From a bacterium (GTDB lineage: Bacteria; Patescibacteriota; Microgenomatia; Levybacterales; UBA12049), in the NCBI GenBank assembly GCA_030698775.1, contig JAUYMJ010000028.1, positions 1-61,106 on the forward strand: 61,106 nt of DNA. The letters are read 5' to 3'. Position 1 is the first letter of the stretch; each line of letters starts with the position of its first letter. The notes beneath the pieces were generated by a model. It searched no databases, was not told the origin of the DNA, and saw only the letters and a list, made by a program, of their open reading frames with translations. The position numbers and the translations under genes were made by a program. Below, in pieces: positions 6,696-15,558 of the stretch.

Positions 6696-7919
6696 ATGCG
6701 TTATTCAAAACTGTTTCCAAAAACTCTCAAAGAAGCACCACATGATGAGGTAGCGATTAACGCTAAATACCTCATGCGCGGCGGGTTTATCGACAAGCTT
6801 ATGGCGGGGTCATACACGTTACTTCCCCTTGGCTGGCGTGTTATTGAAAATATCAATACGATCATCCGTGAAGAGATGAATGCTACAGGGGCACAGGAGG
6901 TTTTGATGCCTCTTTTACACCCCAAAGATATCTGGAATGAAACGGGCAGGTGGGACGAAGCGAAAGACGTGATGTACCAGTTTGAGAAAAACGAGAAGCA
7001 TTTTGCGCTTTCTTTTACCCATGAAGAAATTGTGATGGACCTGATCCGGAAACACGTGACATCATACAAGGATTTACCACTTGCGATTTACCACTTCTCC
7101 ACCAAATTTCGCAACGAACTTCGTGCGAAATCAGGAATCCTGAGAGGTCGTGAATTCATGATGAAAGATTTGTACAGTGCCCACGCGACAGAGGAGGATT
7201 TGATGAAATACTACTGGGAAGTCGCGGATGCGTATCTTAGGGTTTTCAAGCGGGTCGGCATCGATGCGATTATTACCGAGGCGTCAGGCGGGGTATTTAC
7301 CAAAGAGCATACCCATGAGTTTCAGGCACCTTGTGAGGTAGGCGAGGATACTATCTATATAGCTGATTCGTGGAAGCACGCCAAAAATGACGAGGTGATG
7401 ACGGATGGGGACCGCACGGCTCCGGGCCTCAAAGCAATTAAAAGTATCGAGGTTGGCAACATTTTTCCGTTCGGTACTGCCAAATATGCAGAGAAGATGG
7501 GCGGAATGTTTACCGACAAAGACGGCCAAAGAAAGCCGGTGTGGTTTGCCTCATACGGCATCGGTCCGACGCGTGTGATGGGGACACTTGTCGAGTTATT
7601 CCATGATGATAGGGGCATCATCTGGCCAGAGTCGGTAGCACCGTATCAGGTACATTTGATTGGAATTATGAGTAATGAATCAGGAATTAAGGAGAAAGCT
7701 GATAAGGTTTATGAATTACTGACCGCCGAGGGTATTGAAGTTCTCTATGATGATCGGGAAGATGTCGGCCCAGGGCAGAAGTTTGCCGATTGTGATCTTA
7801 TCGGCATCCCGGTCCGGTTAGTCGTTTCCGCAAAAACGGGTGAACAAGTAGAATGGAAGAAGCGAAAGGAAGAAAAAACCGAACTCCTTTCGATTCCTCA
7901 AATCCTCGAAAAACTTTAA
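6696..7919 (+). CDS. proS: prolyl-tRNA synthetase, short form without the editing insertion
   Basis: Class II aaRS motifs (FRNELRAKSGILRGREFMMKD) and a C-terminal anticodon-binding domain. Length is 407 aa. Confidence 0.9.
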   Translation: MRYSKLFPKTLKEAPHDEVAINAKYLMRGGFIDKLMAGSYTLLPLGWRVIENINTIIREEMNATGAQEVLMPLLHPKDIWNETGRWDEAKDVMYQFEKNEKHFALSFTHEEIVMDLIRKHVTSYKDLPLAIYHFSTKFRNELRAKSGILRGREFMMKDLYSAHATEEDLMKYYWEVADAYLRVFKRVGIDAIITEASGGVFTKEHTHEFQAPCEVGEDTIYIADSWKHAKNDEVMTDGDRTAPGLKAIKSIEVGNIFPFGTAKYAEKMGGMFTDKDGQRKPVWFASYGIGPTRVMGTLVELFHDDRGIIWPESVAPYQVHLIGIMSNESGIKEKADKVYELLTAEGIEVLYDDREDVGPGQKFADCDLIGIPVRLVVSAKTGEQVEWKKRKEEKTELLSIPQILEKL

Positions 7920-7967
7920 GAGTACGATGTTATTTTCCTTTTAAAGGTAGGATGTAAGATACTTCAT

Positions 7968-8150
7968 CTATGGTCTATCCGTCGTGACCGCCGTAGACTG
8001 GATATTAATTCTTTGTGCCTCTGTCAGATCTTTTAGTTGCTGATACTGCATCCCGAGGTAGAATGCGAGGATGACGAAGAAGATAAAGTAAATGCCCGAG
8101 AGGATGATTGAAAGTGGCGTGACGGTGGTGAGTTCTTTGGGGAGTTTCAT
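7968..8150 (-). CDS. small membrane protein
   Basis: 60 aa with one hydrophobic helix (LSIILSGIYFIFFVILAFYLG). Confidence 0.4.
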   Translation of the reverse strand: MKLPKELTTVTPLSIILSGIYFIFFVILAFYLGMQYQQLKDLTEAQRINIQSTAVTTDRP

Positions 8151-8170
8151 TTCGTCCTATTGTAACAAGC

Positions 8171-8842
8171 TTAGAACGGCAGGGCAAACGGGAGTGTGAG
8201 TCCGAAGACGAGTGCCCAGACGATTGCGTAGGCAACGATGAGGATGAGAGCAAGGATGACAAAAAGAACGGTAATAAGCGGTGACCGTTTTTTACCGATA
8301 GCCGGCGAACTGGTATTGGTCGGTGCTGTGCTGGTCGCAGATGTTGTCGATGCAGGCTGCGCCGTGTTTTGTGCCTGCGGGATTTGGCTCGCTGACAGCG
8401 TGGTAGGAGGAGTTCCGTTGGTTGGCGCCTGGATCACGGTTGGTACTGTAGTAGCAGGAGGCTGCGCCATGGGGATATTTGCGTAGCTTTTCACACCAGT
8501 CGGTTTTGCTGCAGCTTGCGGTGTGACAAAAGGAGATGACGGAGGGATTGTGCCACCCATCCCAAGTGGCTGTTGTGTATGTGGGGTTGAAGACGGCGGT
8601 GTGACGGGTTTTACCGTAGACGGATCATCCGGGATTGCCGATGAAAACGTCGGGAACGGCGAGCTGTTTTTAGGCGGGGAGACAGGTGTTGTTGTTTGCG
8701 TAGGAGCAATCGAAGGTTTCGGGGGATCTGCCGGAGGATCCGATACGACAGGCGGTGTGCCGGCCGAAGCTGTCGGCGTGCTCATGATGCGATTGAGCGT
8801 CTCCTGTTGCTTTGGATCAAGGGCAGGTTTTTTCGGATCCAT
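8171..8842 (-). CDS. Pro/Thr/Ala-rich protein with a C-terminal transmembrane anchor
   Basis: 223 aa of low-complexity sequence followed by the TM segment LITVLFVILALILIVAYAIVWALVF. Confidence 0.55.
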   Translation of the reverse strand: MDPKKPALDPKQQETLNRIMSTPTASAGTPPVVSDPPADPPKPSIAPTQTTTPVSPPKNSSPFPTFSSAIPDDPSTVKPVTPPSSTPHTQQPLGMGGTIPPSSPFVTPQAAAKPTGVKSYANIPMAQPPATTVPTVIQAPTNGTPPTTLSASQIPQAQNTAQPASTTSATSTAPTNTSSPAIGKKRSPLITVLFVILALILIVAYAIVWALVFGLTLPFALPF

Positions 8843-8977
8843 ACTCTTTTTATCGTGCTAGATTTCGCAAGGATTGTCAAGGTTTATACTTTTTTGGGTA
8901 CCGTTCTTGGATAGGCGCACGCTTCTCTTTTCTGAAATACTTTACACGGTAACGAGCTTCTGTTACCATATCAGACT

Positions 8978-10114
8978 ATGTCAAGACGCGTTGATATTCC
9001 ACAGTTTGGAAGCGTCCCTGAGACGGAGCTGCAGCCACGGGGCCGTTTCACTTTTTTCGGACGTGAACACGCCCCATTAAATCTGCAGGGAACCTACCGT
9101 TTGCTCAGTGCGACGGGTGAGCATCTCTCTTTGGTTCCGGGGCACACCGTATTTTACAAGGAAGATGCGTTCAATCCTCCAATTGAAGCGAGAAACAAGA
9201 GGCGTATCGTGACAGATGACGCAGGTACATTCTCAAACGCTGCACAGAGTGTGATCGGTGCGGGGCTTCAGGAAATGGGTGTAGAAGCCACAGGAAAACG
9301 TATGGCAGAGTATGATGAGTTGTTTGCGGGTAGCTCCCTTCAGGAAATACTTGAGGTCCACAACTTCCCGCAAGAATTTGTCGCTGATATCTTTTTTTGG
9401 CGCGGGATGCATCAGTTGGCAGTTTCTGCGAGAGAATATGGCAGGACTGTTGAGGTTATGTTCGAATCCCATACTCCTGGTGTTGTGACGACAGCAAAAA
9501 TGATTGTGGGTCAAGCGGGTGATTTACGTGATGAAAGTGATCATGCGTGGGATGACGGGAGGCTTTCGGATACAATTTCCGCTGGGATACAAGGTTCGCG
9601 TAAGTATCTCACGGCTGCTTCCGTTCGTGACCGGGAATTGGGGGATGAGTGGTTGCAAGTTGTACGGGGAGGGTTGAAAAAACCTCATATGACAGGTCTT
9701 TTTGCAAGTTTTGGGCAGGCACACGCAGAACAGGCACATCAGATTGCTGAACGGCTTTCACGGCAAGGGGTCATTGTCGAGGTTAACGTTCCAAAACCTG
9801 GCCTTGTCGATCGGTTTGAGGCGGAGATCGGAAAAAGGGGTAAGGATGCAAGTAATGTTTCCTCTACGCTTGCTGCGCAGGTGTTATGGTTTGGCAAAAC
9901 ACAAGAAGCGCTTGAGAAAACTATGCTCCAAGAAGGATATATTGACTCGTATGCTGACAACTACGAGACACTTTCTCAATTGCTTGAACAGATTGCGCAA
10001 ACGCTTACGTACGAAGAGATCGAGGAAATCTGCGTTGGGAAACATGACCTTTTCGGTGTCTTGTCTGCCCATCCTGGATTTGCGATGCTCGTGCCTTTCT
10101 TCCACGGAGCCTGA
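8978..10114 (+). CDS. hypothetical protein
   Basis: 378-aa ORF with no recognisable motif. Confidence 0.6.
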   Translation: MSRRVDIPQFGSVPETELQPRGRFTFFGREHAPLNLQGTYRLLSATGEHLSLVPGHTVFYKEDAFNPPIEARNKRRIVTDDAGTFSNAAQSVIGAGLQEMGVEATGKRMAEYDELFAGSSLQEILEVHNFPQEFVADIFFWRGMHQLAVSAREYGRTVEVMFESHTPGVVTTAKMIVGQAGDLRDESDHAWDDGRLSDTISAGIQGSRKYLTAASVRDRELGDEWLQVVRGGLKKPHMTGLFASFGQAHAEQAHQIAERLSRQGVIVEVNVPKPGLVDRFEAEIGKRGKDASNVSSTLAAQVLWFGKTQEALEKTMLQEGYIDSYADNYETLSQLLEQIAQTLTYEEIEEICVGKHDLFGVLSAHPGFAMLVPFFHGA

Positions 10115-10132
10115 GCTGCTATACTGAGCTAT

Positions 10133-11062
10133 ATGAAAATTATTGTCACCCATACGTCCCCTGACTGGGATGCGATCGGGAGCGTCTGGATCCTCAAACG
10201 CTACCTTCCTGGGTGGCATGATGCGGGCGTGGAATTTGTTCCGGCAGGGCAACGGCTGGAAGCAAGTACTCTTACTTCAGATGCAGGAGCTGGTGATCCG
10301 GTTGAGAAGATAGGTGAGGATGAAGTCATCCATGTCGATACGGGGCTTGGGCCTCTGGACCATCACCAGATTTCTGACAAAACGATTTCAGGGACAGGGC
10401 TCTCTTGGCAATATATTCTGCGTTTGGTTGATGAAGGGAAGATCCCGATTATTGAGAGTGACAAGTGGCAGGACAGGAAAGATGCGATAGGAAGGATCGT
10501 CCAATTTATCATCGATACTGACCATTTCCGTGAAGTGTTCTGGACCAACCCTGCGGCAGATTATCACGAGTTTACCATTTTGGGACTCTTGGACGGATTG
10601 AAGCTTCTTAAGCCTGAACAGGATGATTATTACGTTGCGTTTGGACGTGAAGTTTTGGATGCGATGCTCCATACTTTTGAAAACCGTATCTGGGCGGAGC
10701 GTGAGATCAAAGAAAACGGCCGCGAATTTACAATGCGGTTTGGGAAAGCAATCGCATTTGAGACCCTAAACGATACCGTTCTCAAATTAGCGCAAAAAAT
10801 GGGGTACGTACTCGTCGTCAGGAAAGATCCGAGGAAAGGGTATGTGAGGATAAAAGCGAGGCCAGATGAAAAAGAGCCAAGAGGGATAAATGAGATTGAT
10901 TTGACTATGGCATATGAGAAACTGAAGGAGAGTGATCCTGAGGCGACGTGGTTTTTACATGCAAGCAAAAAAATGCTCTTGAATGGGACACCAAAAAACC
11001 CTAAAATGATCCCAACGAAATTGACACTTGATGAGATTGTTGAGATTCTGAAGACAATTTAA
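10133..11062 (+). CDS. DHH-family phosphoesterase-like protein
   Basis: Motifs are HTSPDWDAIGS (DxD), HVDTG and LDHHQ (DHH). An extended -10 TGcTATACT lies 7 nt before the ATG. Confidence 0.65.
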   Translation: MKIIVTHTSPDWDAIGSVWILKRYLPGWHDAGVEFVPAGQRLEASTLTSDAGAGDPVEKIGEDEVIHVDTGLGPLDHHQISDKTISGTGLSWQYILRLVDEGKIPIIESDKWQDRKDAIGRIVQFIIDTDHFREVFWTNPAADYHEFTILGLLDGLKLLKPEQDDYYVAFGREVLDAMLHTFENRIWAEREIKENGREFTMRFGKAIAFETLNDTVLKLAQKMGYVLVVRKDPRKGYVRIKARPDEKEPRGINEIDLTMAYEKLKESDPEATWFLHASKKMLLNGTPKNPKMIPTKLTLDEIVEILKTI

Positions 11063-11198
11063 TTTTCAATTCGAAATTTGAAATTTTCAATGAATATTTA
11101 ATGTTTAAAATTTAAATTTGAAAATTATGATTTCATTTCAAATTGCCTTCGCCCTGAGGGCTCAGTCCGAAGGGAAATCTGAAAATTGAAAATTTGAT
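11063..11198. repeat. composite palindromic intergenic element (AT-rich word arms with a central GC hairpin)
   Basis: The arms are built from tttcaaatt/aatttgaaa words. The central hairpin is ccttcgccctgagggctcagtccgaagg. Confidence 0.65.
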
Positions 11199-11528
11199 AT
11201 GAACGACTGTATTTTTTGTAAAATAGCGAGAAAAGAAATTCCCAAAGAATTCACCTACGAAGATGAAGATGTGATGGTGTTTCCCGATATTCATCCTTCT
11301 AAGCCGATACATCTCCTCATTGTCCCAAAAAAACATATTGAGGATTTTTCCCATGTCGATGACCCAAAACTCATGCAGAAGATTTGGCAGACCGTGCAAA
11401 CGATGATACAAAAAATGGGCCTTACGGGAAAGGGTGTCCGGATTGTCATCAATGCACAGGGTGCCCAAATCGTCCCGCATCTTCATATCCACCTTATGGG
11501 GCCTCTCGGACACGCGGTGAAAGACTGA
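11199..11528 (+). CDS. HIT family (histidine triad) protein
   Basis: CIFCKI near the N-terminus and the HLHIHLMG histidine triad. Confidence 0.9.
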   Translation: MNDCIFCKIARKEIPKEFTYEDEDVMVFPDIHPSKPIHLLIVPKKHIEDFSHVDDPKLMQKIWQTVQTMIQKMGLTGKGVRIVINAQGAQIVPHLHIHLMGPLGHAVKD

Positions 11529-11603
11529 TTTTTAGCCTCCCGTCGCTTTTCCGTTTACATCGGCGACATTTTAGAGTAAAATAGTGCATTACTAGAGGAA
11601 TTT

Positions 11604-11706
11604 GCCCGCCTATTCTTTGTCGCCTGAGGCGACAGCGAATTCAGGCGGACTTAAGAAACCCTGCCTGCCGTCAGGCAGGTCTAAAACTCACTCGACATTT
11701 GTCGAG
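11604..11706 (+). repeat. cluster of GC-rich stem-loops upstream of rpsU
   Basis: gcccgcc..ggcgg(a)c encloses gtcgcctgaggcgac (11619-11633). Further hairpins are cctgcctgccgtcaggcagg (11660-11679) and ctcgacatttgtcgag (11691-11706). Confidence 0.6.
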
Positions 11707-11744
11707 AATCGTTAAGAGTTTCTAAAGGAGGTGTCTTATTTATT

Positions 11745-11927
11745 ATGGTTTTTGTCAAAAAAATGCCGGGTGATTCAGATGATTCTATTATCCGAAAATT
11801 TTCAAAAAAGGTTATGGACGCAGGTATTATTACCGAGGCGAAACGCCGACAGTTTTATATGAAGCCGTCCTTGGCCAAAAAAATGAAGCAGGAAGAATCC
11901 CGAAGGATGAGGAAGAGGATTATCTAA
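11745..11927 (+). CDS. rpsU: 30S ribosomal protein S21
   Basis: 60 aa, basic, with the pattern IRKFSKKV..GII.E.KRRQFY.KPS. A strong SD AAAGGAGG lies upstream. Confidence 0.8.
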   Translation: MVFVKKMPGDSDDSIIRKFSKKVMDAGIITEAKRRQFYMKPSLAKKMKQEESRRMRKRII

Positions 11928-12002
11928 TGCGAATGGCAAATGGCACATAGCAAATAGTTTTTAACAATTCGCTACTTCGCCATATACTATTTGCCTCTCA
12001 TT

Positions 12003-12392
12003 ATGTCCAACGTCACCACGCTGATTTTTGTTGAAAGCAGATACAAGGTAAGCAGGAAACGGATAAAAAATGTTGTTGCACGGACACTTACCACGAACAA
12101 CATTCACTCGAACGTTGAAGTTTCCGTGGCTATTGTCGGTGACAGGAAGATGACACTGCTCAACGGAAAATACCGCAACAAAACAGGAACGACCAATATA
12201 CTCTCTTTCCCGCTTGCCGAAGGGGAGCAAACGAAGCTACCGGAAACAAATACGACCCACCTTGGTGACATTGTAATCTCGTATCCAGTTGTCATTAAAG
12301 AAGCAGCGAGGGATGACATGCTCGTCGATGAGAAAGTTGAGCAGCTCGTGGAGCATGGACTCAATCATTTATTGGGAATACACCACGAGTAA
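12003..12392 (+). CDS. ybeY: rRNA maturation endoribonuclease YbeY
   Basis: HGLNHLLGIHHE zinc motif. ATG 12003 lies within the ORF-track frame 11991..12392. Confidence 0.85.
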   Translation: MSNVTTLIFVESRYKVSRKRIKNVVARTLTTNNIHSNVEVSVAIVGDRKMTLLNGKYRNKTGTTNILSFPLAEGEQTKLPETNTTHLGDIVISYPVVIKEAARDDMLVDEKVEQLVEHGLNHLLGIHHE

Positions 12393-12508
12393 AAGAATCT
12401 AGAGTTCAGAGTCTAGAATTAAGAATTGTGTATAGAGTTTAGCATTATTAACTTTCTACATTCTTCATTTCATTCTGAATTTTGCACTCTACATTCTAAA
12501 TTTCATTT
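12393..12508. repeat. AT-rich word-built intergenic element (tctaga/attcta words)
   Basis: gaatctagagttcagagtctagaatt ... ctacattct ... ctctacattctaaatt. Confidence 0.5.
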
Positions 12509-14089
12509 ATGGTTTACTACCGCACATACCGTCCCCAGACAATTGATGAACTGGACAACGAGGATGTAAGAAAGACACTCCTCAGTGTCCTGTCTTCTCC
12601 TGAGCCTCCCCATGCATTTCTTTTTACCGGTCCCAGGGGACTTGGCAAAACGTCAAGTGCTAGGATTGTTGCAAAAGCCCTCAACTGTGAGCGTCTAGCG
12701 CCTAGTACATTAGGGTCTAGTTCCAAGAAAGAAAAAGATAATAAAGAGGGTGATAAAAAACTAAGCGCTAAACGCCCTACGCTAGACGCTCATGTGGAGC
12801 CGTGTAACGAGTGTGATACCTGTACATCTATCACAAACGGCACAAACCTTGATGTCATGGAGATAGACGCTGCGTCAAACAGGGGGATAGATGAGATCCG
12901 CGACCTTCGTGAAAAAATCAGGCTTGCCCCTGTCTCGGCGCGAAGAAAAGTGTACATTATCGATGAAGTGCACATGCTGACAAATGAAGCGTTCAACGCC
13001 CTCCTAAAAACACTTGAAGAGCCACCAAGCCACGTGGTGTTTGTTCTCGCAACGACAGAACCGCAAAAAGTACCTGCGACAATTCTCTCCAGATGCGTAC
13101 ATATTCCGTTCCATAAGGCGACAGAGGATGAGCTGATCCGCTCATTTAAAAGGATTGCCAAAGGTGAGAAACTTCACGCAGGCGAAAATGTACTCATCGA
13201 GATTGCAAAGTTATCAGAGGGAGGGTTTCGTGACGGTGCAAAAATCCTTGAGGAGTTAGCTCTTTCGGTTAAGGATGGAACAATCACACTTGAGACGGTT
13301 GAGAAGCTGCACCATAATGCCAGTATCGCGTCGTCTGTAGCAACACTTTTGTCCCATCTCGCAAAACGCGATTTGAAAGAAAGCGTGTTACTTGTTGAGC
13401 ATGTCGTAGCGGAGGGCGGGGATATGACGGTTTTTCTAGGCCAACTCTTGCAACGTGTCCATGAGCTGCTTCTCCAAAGGGTAGACCCTGTAAAGAAAAA
13501 AGACGTTCTTTTCGATCTTCACGAACTGGCCACTCTCTCAGACGTTTTGCAAAAAGCATATAGTCAGATGCGCTATGCAGTCGTGACGTCACTCCCCATC
13601 GAGCTTGCGATAATAGACTTTCTTTATGGACGGGGTGAGGAGGAGATAGAGCCTGGCACAAAGGAAAAACCTTCCGTGATAAAAACAGAGGATAATGAGC
13701 AGAGTATGTATGCATTCCGGAAAAAAGTGGGGGAATTGCATAAAAAACGTGCAGTATTAGGTGAAGAAGAAAAAGAAAAAAAAGAGGCCGTGAGCGCAAC
13801 GGGTGCGAGTCTTATGGCTTATCGTGCAAACGGTGCGTTGTCTGAGGAGTGGCTTTTGCAGTTTTGGAAAACTTTCATCACAAAGCTCAAGGAATATAAC
13901 CATACGATTTCAGGAGTGCTCCGGGGGTGTACGCTTAAGAGTTTTGACAGGAAGGCGCTTGTTATTGAAACATCATACAAATTCCATAAAGACCGGCTGA
14001 GCGAAGCGAAGACGCTTCTTGCTCTTGAAGAAGCTGCAAAGGCGCTCGCTGGAAATCCGGTAACAGTTACGATAGAATTAAAAAAATGA
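12509..14089 (+). CDS. dnaX: DNA polymerase III subunit gamma/tau, with an in-frame insertion in the zinc module
   Basis: Motifs are GPRGLGKTS (Walker A), DEVHML, LKTLEEPP and SRC. There are about 32 extra residues between ALNCE and PCNECDTC. Confidence 0.9.
   Translation: MVYYRTYRPQTIDELDNEDVRKTLLSVLSSPEPPHAFLFTGPRGLGKTSSARIVAKALNCERLAPSTLGSSSKKEKDNKEGDKKLSAKRPTLDAHVEPCNECDTCTSITNGTNLDVMEIDAASNRGIDEIRDLREKIRLAPVSARRKVYIIDEVHMLTNEAFNALLKTLEEPPSHVVFVLATTEPQKVPATILSRCVHIPFHKATEDELIRSFKRIAKGEKLHAGENVLIEIAKLSEGGFRDGAKILEELALSVKDGTITLETVEKLHHNASIASSVATLLSHLAKRDLKESVLLVEHVVAEGGDMTVFLGQLLQRVHELLLQRVDPVKKKDVLFDLHELATLSDVLQKAYSQMRYAVVTSLPIELAIIDFLYGRGEEEIEPGTKEKPSVIKTEDNEQSMYAFRKKVGELHKKRAVLGEEEKEKKEAVSATGASLMAYRANGALSEEWLLQFWKTFITKLKEYNHTISGVLRGCTLKSFDRKALVIETSYKFHKDRLSEAKTLLALEEAAKALAGNPVTVTIELKK
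12689..12791. repeat. palindrome-bounded insertion inside dnaX
   Basis: The perfect 12-nt inverted termini are gagcgtctagcg (12689-12700) and cgctagacgctc (12780-12791). The same words (agcgtctag, ctaaacgct) recur at 14090-14155. Confidence 0.75.
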
Positions 14090-14155
14090 GTAGCGTCTAG
14101 TTAGTTAGCGTCTAGTGAGGAACTAAACGCTAACCACTGGTTGCTAAACGCTGAA
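14090..14155. repeat. palindromic intergenic element sharing words with the dnaX insertion
   Basis: gtagcgtctagttagttagcgtctagtgaggaactaaacgctaaccactggttgctaaacgctg. Confidence 0.7.
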
Positions 14156-14167
14156 AGGAGGTGTTTT

Positions 14168-14458
14168 ATGTTTAATCCATTCGGACAAATCTCAGAAATC
14201 AAAAAGATGCGCGATCAGGCGATGCAGATCCAGCGCCAACTTCAGGAAGAAGAGGTCATTGTTGATAAGCACGGAGTGCACATCGTCATAACAGGCGACC
14301 AAAAAATAAAAGAGCTCCAGAGCAACGGCAAATCAGACAATGATATACGGGATGCCATAAACGAAGCAGTAAAAAAATCACAAGAAGTCGCTGCAAAGAA
14401 ACTGCAAGCCATGGGGGGGCTAGGGAGCCTTGGCAATATGCTTGGCGGAGGAAAATAG
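14168..14458 (+). CDS. ybaB: YbaB/EbfC nucleoid-associated protein
   Basis: The gene sits right after dnaX and has the coiled N-terminus and Gly-rich tail typical of YbaB. SD AAAGGAGG precedes ATG 14168. Confidence 0.75.
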   Translation: MFNPFGQISEIKKMRDQAMQIQRQLQEEEVIVDKHGVHIVITGDQKIKELQSNGKSDNDIRDAINEAVKKSQEVAAKKLQAMGGLGSLGNMLGGGK

Positions 14459-14472
14459 AGTATCCCAGAGTC

Positions 14473-14502
14473 TTGCATTCCATCCTCATTCCTTGGTACA
14501 AT
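14473..14502 (+). promoter_or_regulatory. promoter of prs
   Basis: TTGCAT-18-TACAAT with an extended -10 TG. Confidence 0.5.
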
Positions 14503-14525
14503 TGTCATGTTCTTGTCAGATTACT

Positions 14526-15512
14526 ATGCCCAAAGGCAGCGGTTTTACCACACGTCATCGAGATGAAAACGGGCTTGTCCTGGTCTCCGGACGGGCAAAT
14601 CCTCTTCTGGCGAAACATATTGCTCGCTACCTCAAGAAAGAGCTTTTCGAACCGGTGACAAGTTTTGCAGATGGGGAAATCCGCATAAAAATTCCACCAA
14701 ACCTCAGGAGGCGCCATGTGTTTATCATCCAGCCGACCAATCCACCGGTGAATGACCACTTGATGGAGCTTGTTTTTATGGTCGATGCCGCGAAACGTTC
14801 GAGTGCAAAAGAGGTAACTGTCGTTGTGCCGTACTTCGGGTACTCCAGACAAGATCGTAAGGAAATGCCGCATGTGCCGATTAGCGCGTCAGTCGTTGCC
14901 GGGATGCTCATGAATGCAGGGGCAGACCGGATTGTCACCGTTGATATCCACTCAGAGCAGCAGCAGGGGTTTATTAAGGGACCGTGGGACAATCTCTATG
15001 GCAGTTTTATCCTTGTCCCTGAGATTAAAAAACGGAAACTGAAAGATATTGTCGTTGCGGCTCCTGACAAAGGTGGTATGACGAGGGCGACAGGATACGC
15101 AAAGCGTCTCAATGCTACCGGGATCGCACTCGTCTACAAAGAACGTGATGTCAGTTTGACGAATAAGTCGGAAGCGCTCGATATGATCGGAAAAGTCGGT
15201 GCGAGGGATGTCATTCTGGTTGATGACATGATTGATACGGGCGGGACGATTGTGAATGCGGCAAAATATATCAAACAGCGCGGTGCGCGGTCAATCACCG
15301 TCGTTGCGACACATGGACTTTTTTCAGGACAGGCTCTTGAGAAAATCAACAACTCGGCAATTGATGAGGTGATAATAACCGATACGATCACGCAGCCTGA
15401 AGAAGTCAAGAAAAATAAAAAAATAACGATTGTCACCGTCGCGCCGCTTCTCGCCGAGGCGATTCGCCGCATCGAAACAGGCGAATCCATCTCGAAAGAC
15501 CTAATTTTATAA
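14526..15512 (+). CDS. prs: ribose-phosphate pyrophosphokinase
   Basis: Motifs are VVVPYFGYSRQDR, VTVDIHS and VILVDDMIDTGGT. ATG 14526 lies inside the ORF-track frame 14430..15512. Confidence 0.9.
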   Translation: MPKGSGFTTRHRDENGLVLVSGRANPLLAKHIARYLKKELFEPVTSFADGEIRIKIPPNLRRRHVFIIQPTNPPVNDHLMELVFMVDAAKRSSAKEVTVVVPYFGYSRQDRKEMPHVPISASVVAGMLMNAGADRIVTVDIHSEQQQGFIKGPWDNLYGSFILVPEIKKRKLKDIVVAAPDKGGMTRATGYAKRLNATGIALVYKERDVSLTNKSEALDMIGKVGARDVILVDDMIDTGGTIVNAAKYIKQRGARSITVVATHGLFSGQALEKINNSAIDEVIITDTITQPEEVKKNKKITIVTVAPLLAEAIRRIETGESISKDLIL

Positions 15513-15558
15513 AATACGAGTTTGACACAACTAGTTTCTTCTGAAATCATAGTAGCAG

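Noticed and set aside
8238-8861. Plus-strand ORFs 8238..8486, 8523..8861 and 8696..8914 opposite the Pro/Thr-rich gene.
   Set aside because: These are Gly/Val/Cys-rich shadow frames of a biased low-complexity gene. They have no start context, and the minus-strand ORF with its TM anchor is the coherent reading.
9462-9480. A tRNA T-arm-like string gttcgaatcc.
   Set aside because: It lies inside the 8978..10114 CDS in frame (MFESH). No acceptor or anticodon stems can be drawn around it.
13284-13799. Long antisense ORFs inside well-supported genes. Examples are 13284..13799, 15134..15643, 30594..31106, 43291..43782, 44020..44562, 50361..50786 and 60234..60761.
   Set aside because: Each lies fully within a gene that carries clear family motifs on the other strand (dnaX, prs, ABC genes, serA, histidine kinase). 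They are typical shadow ORFs.
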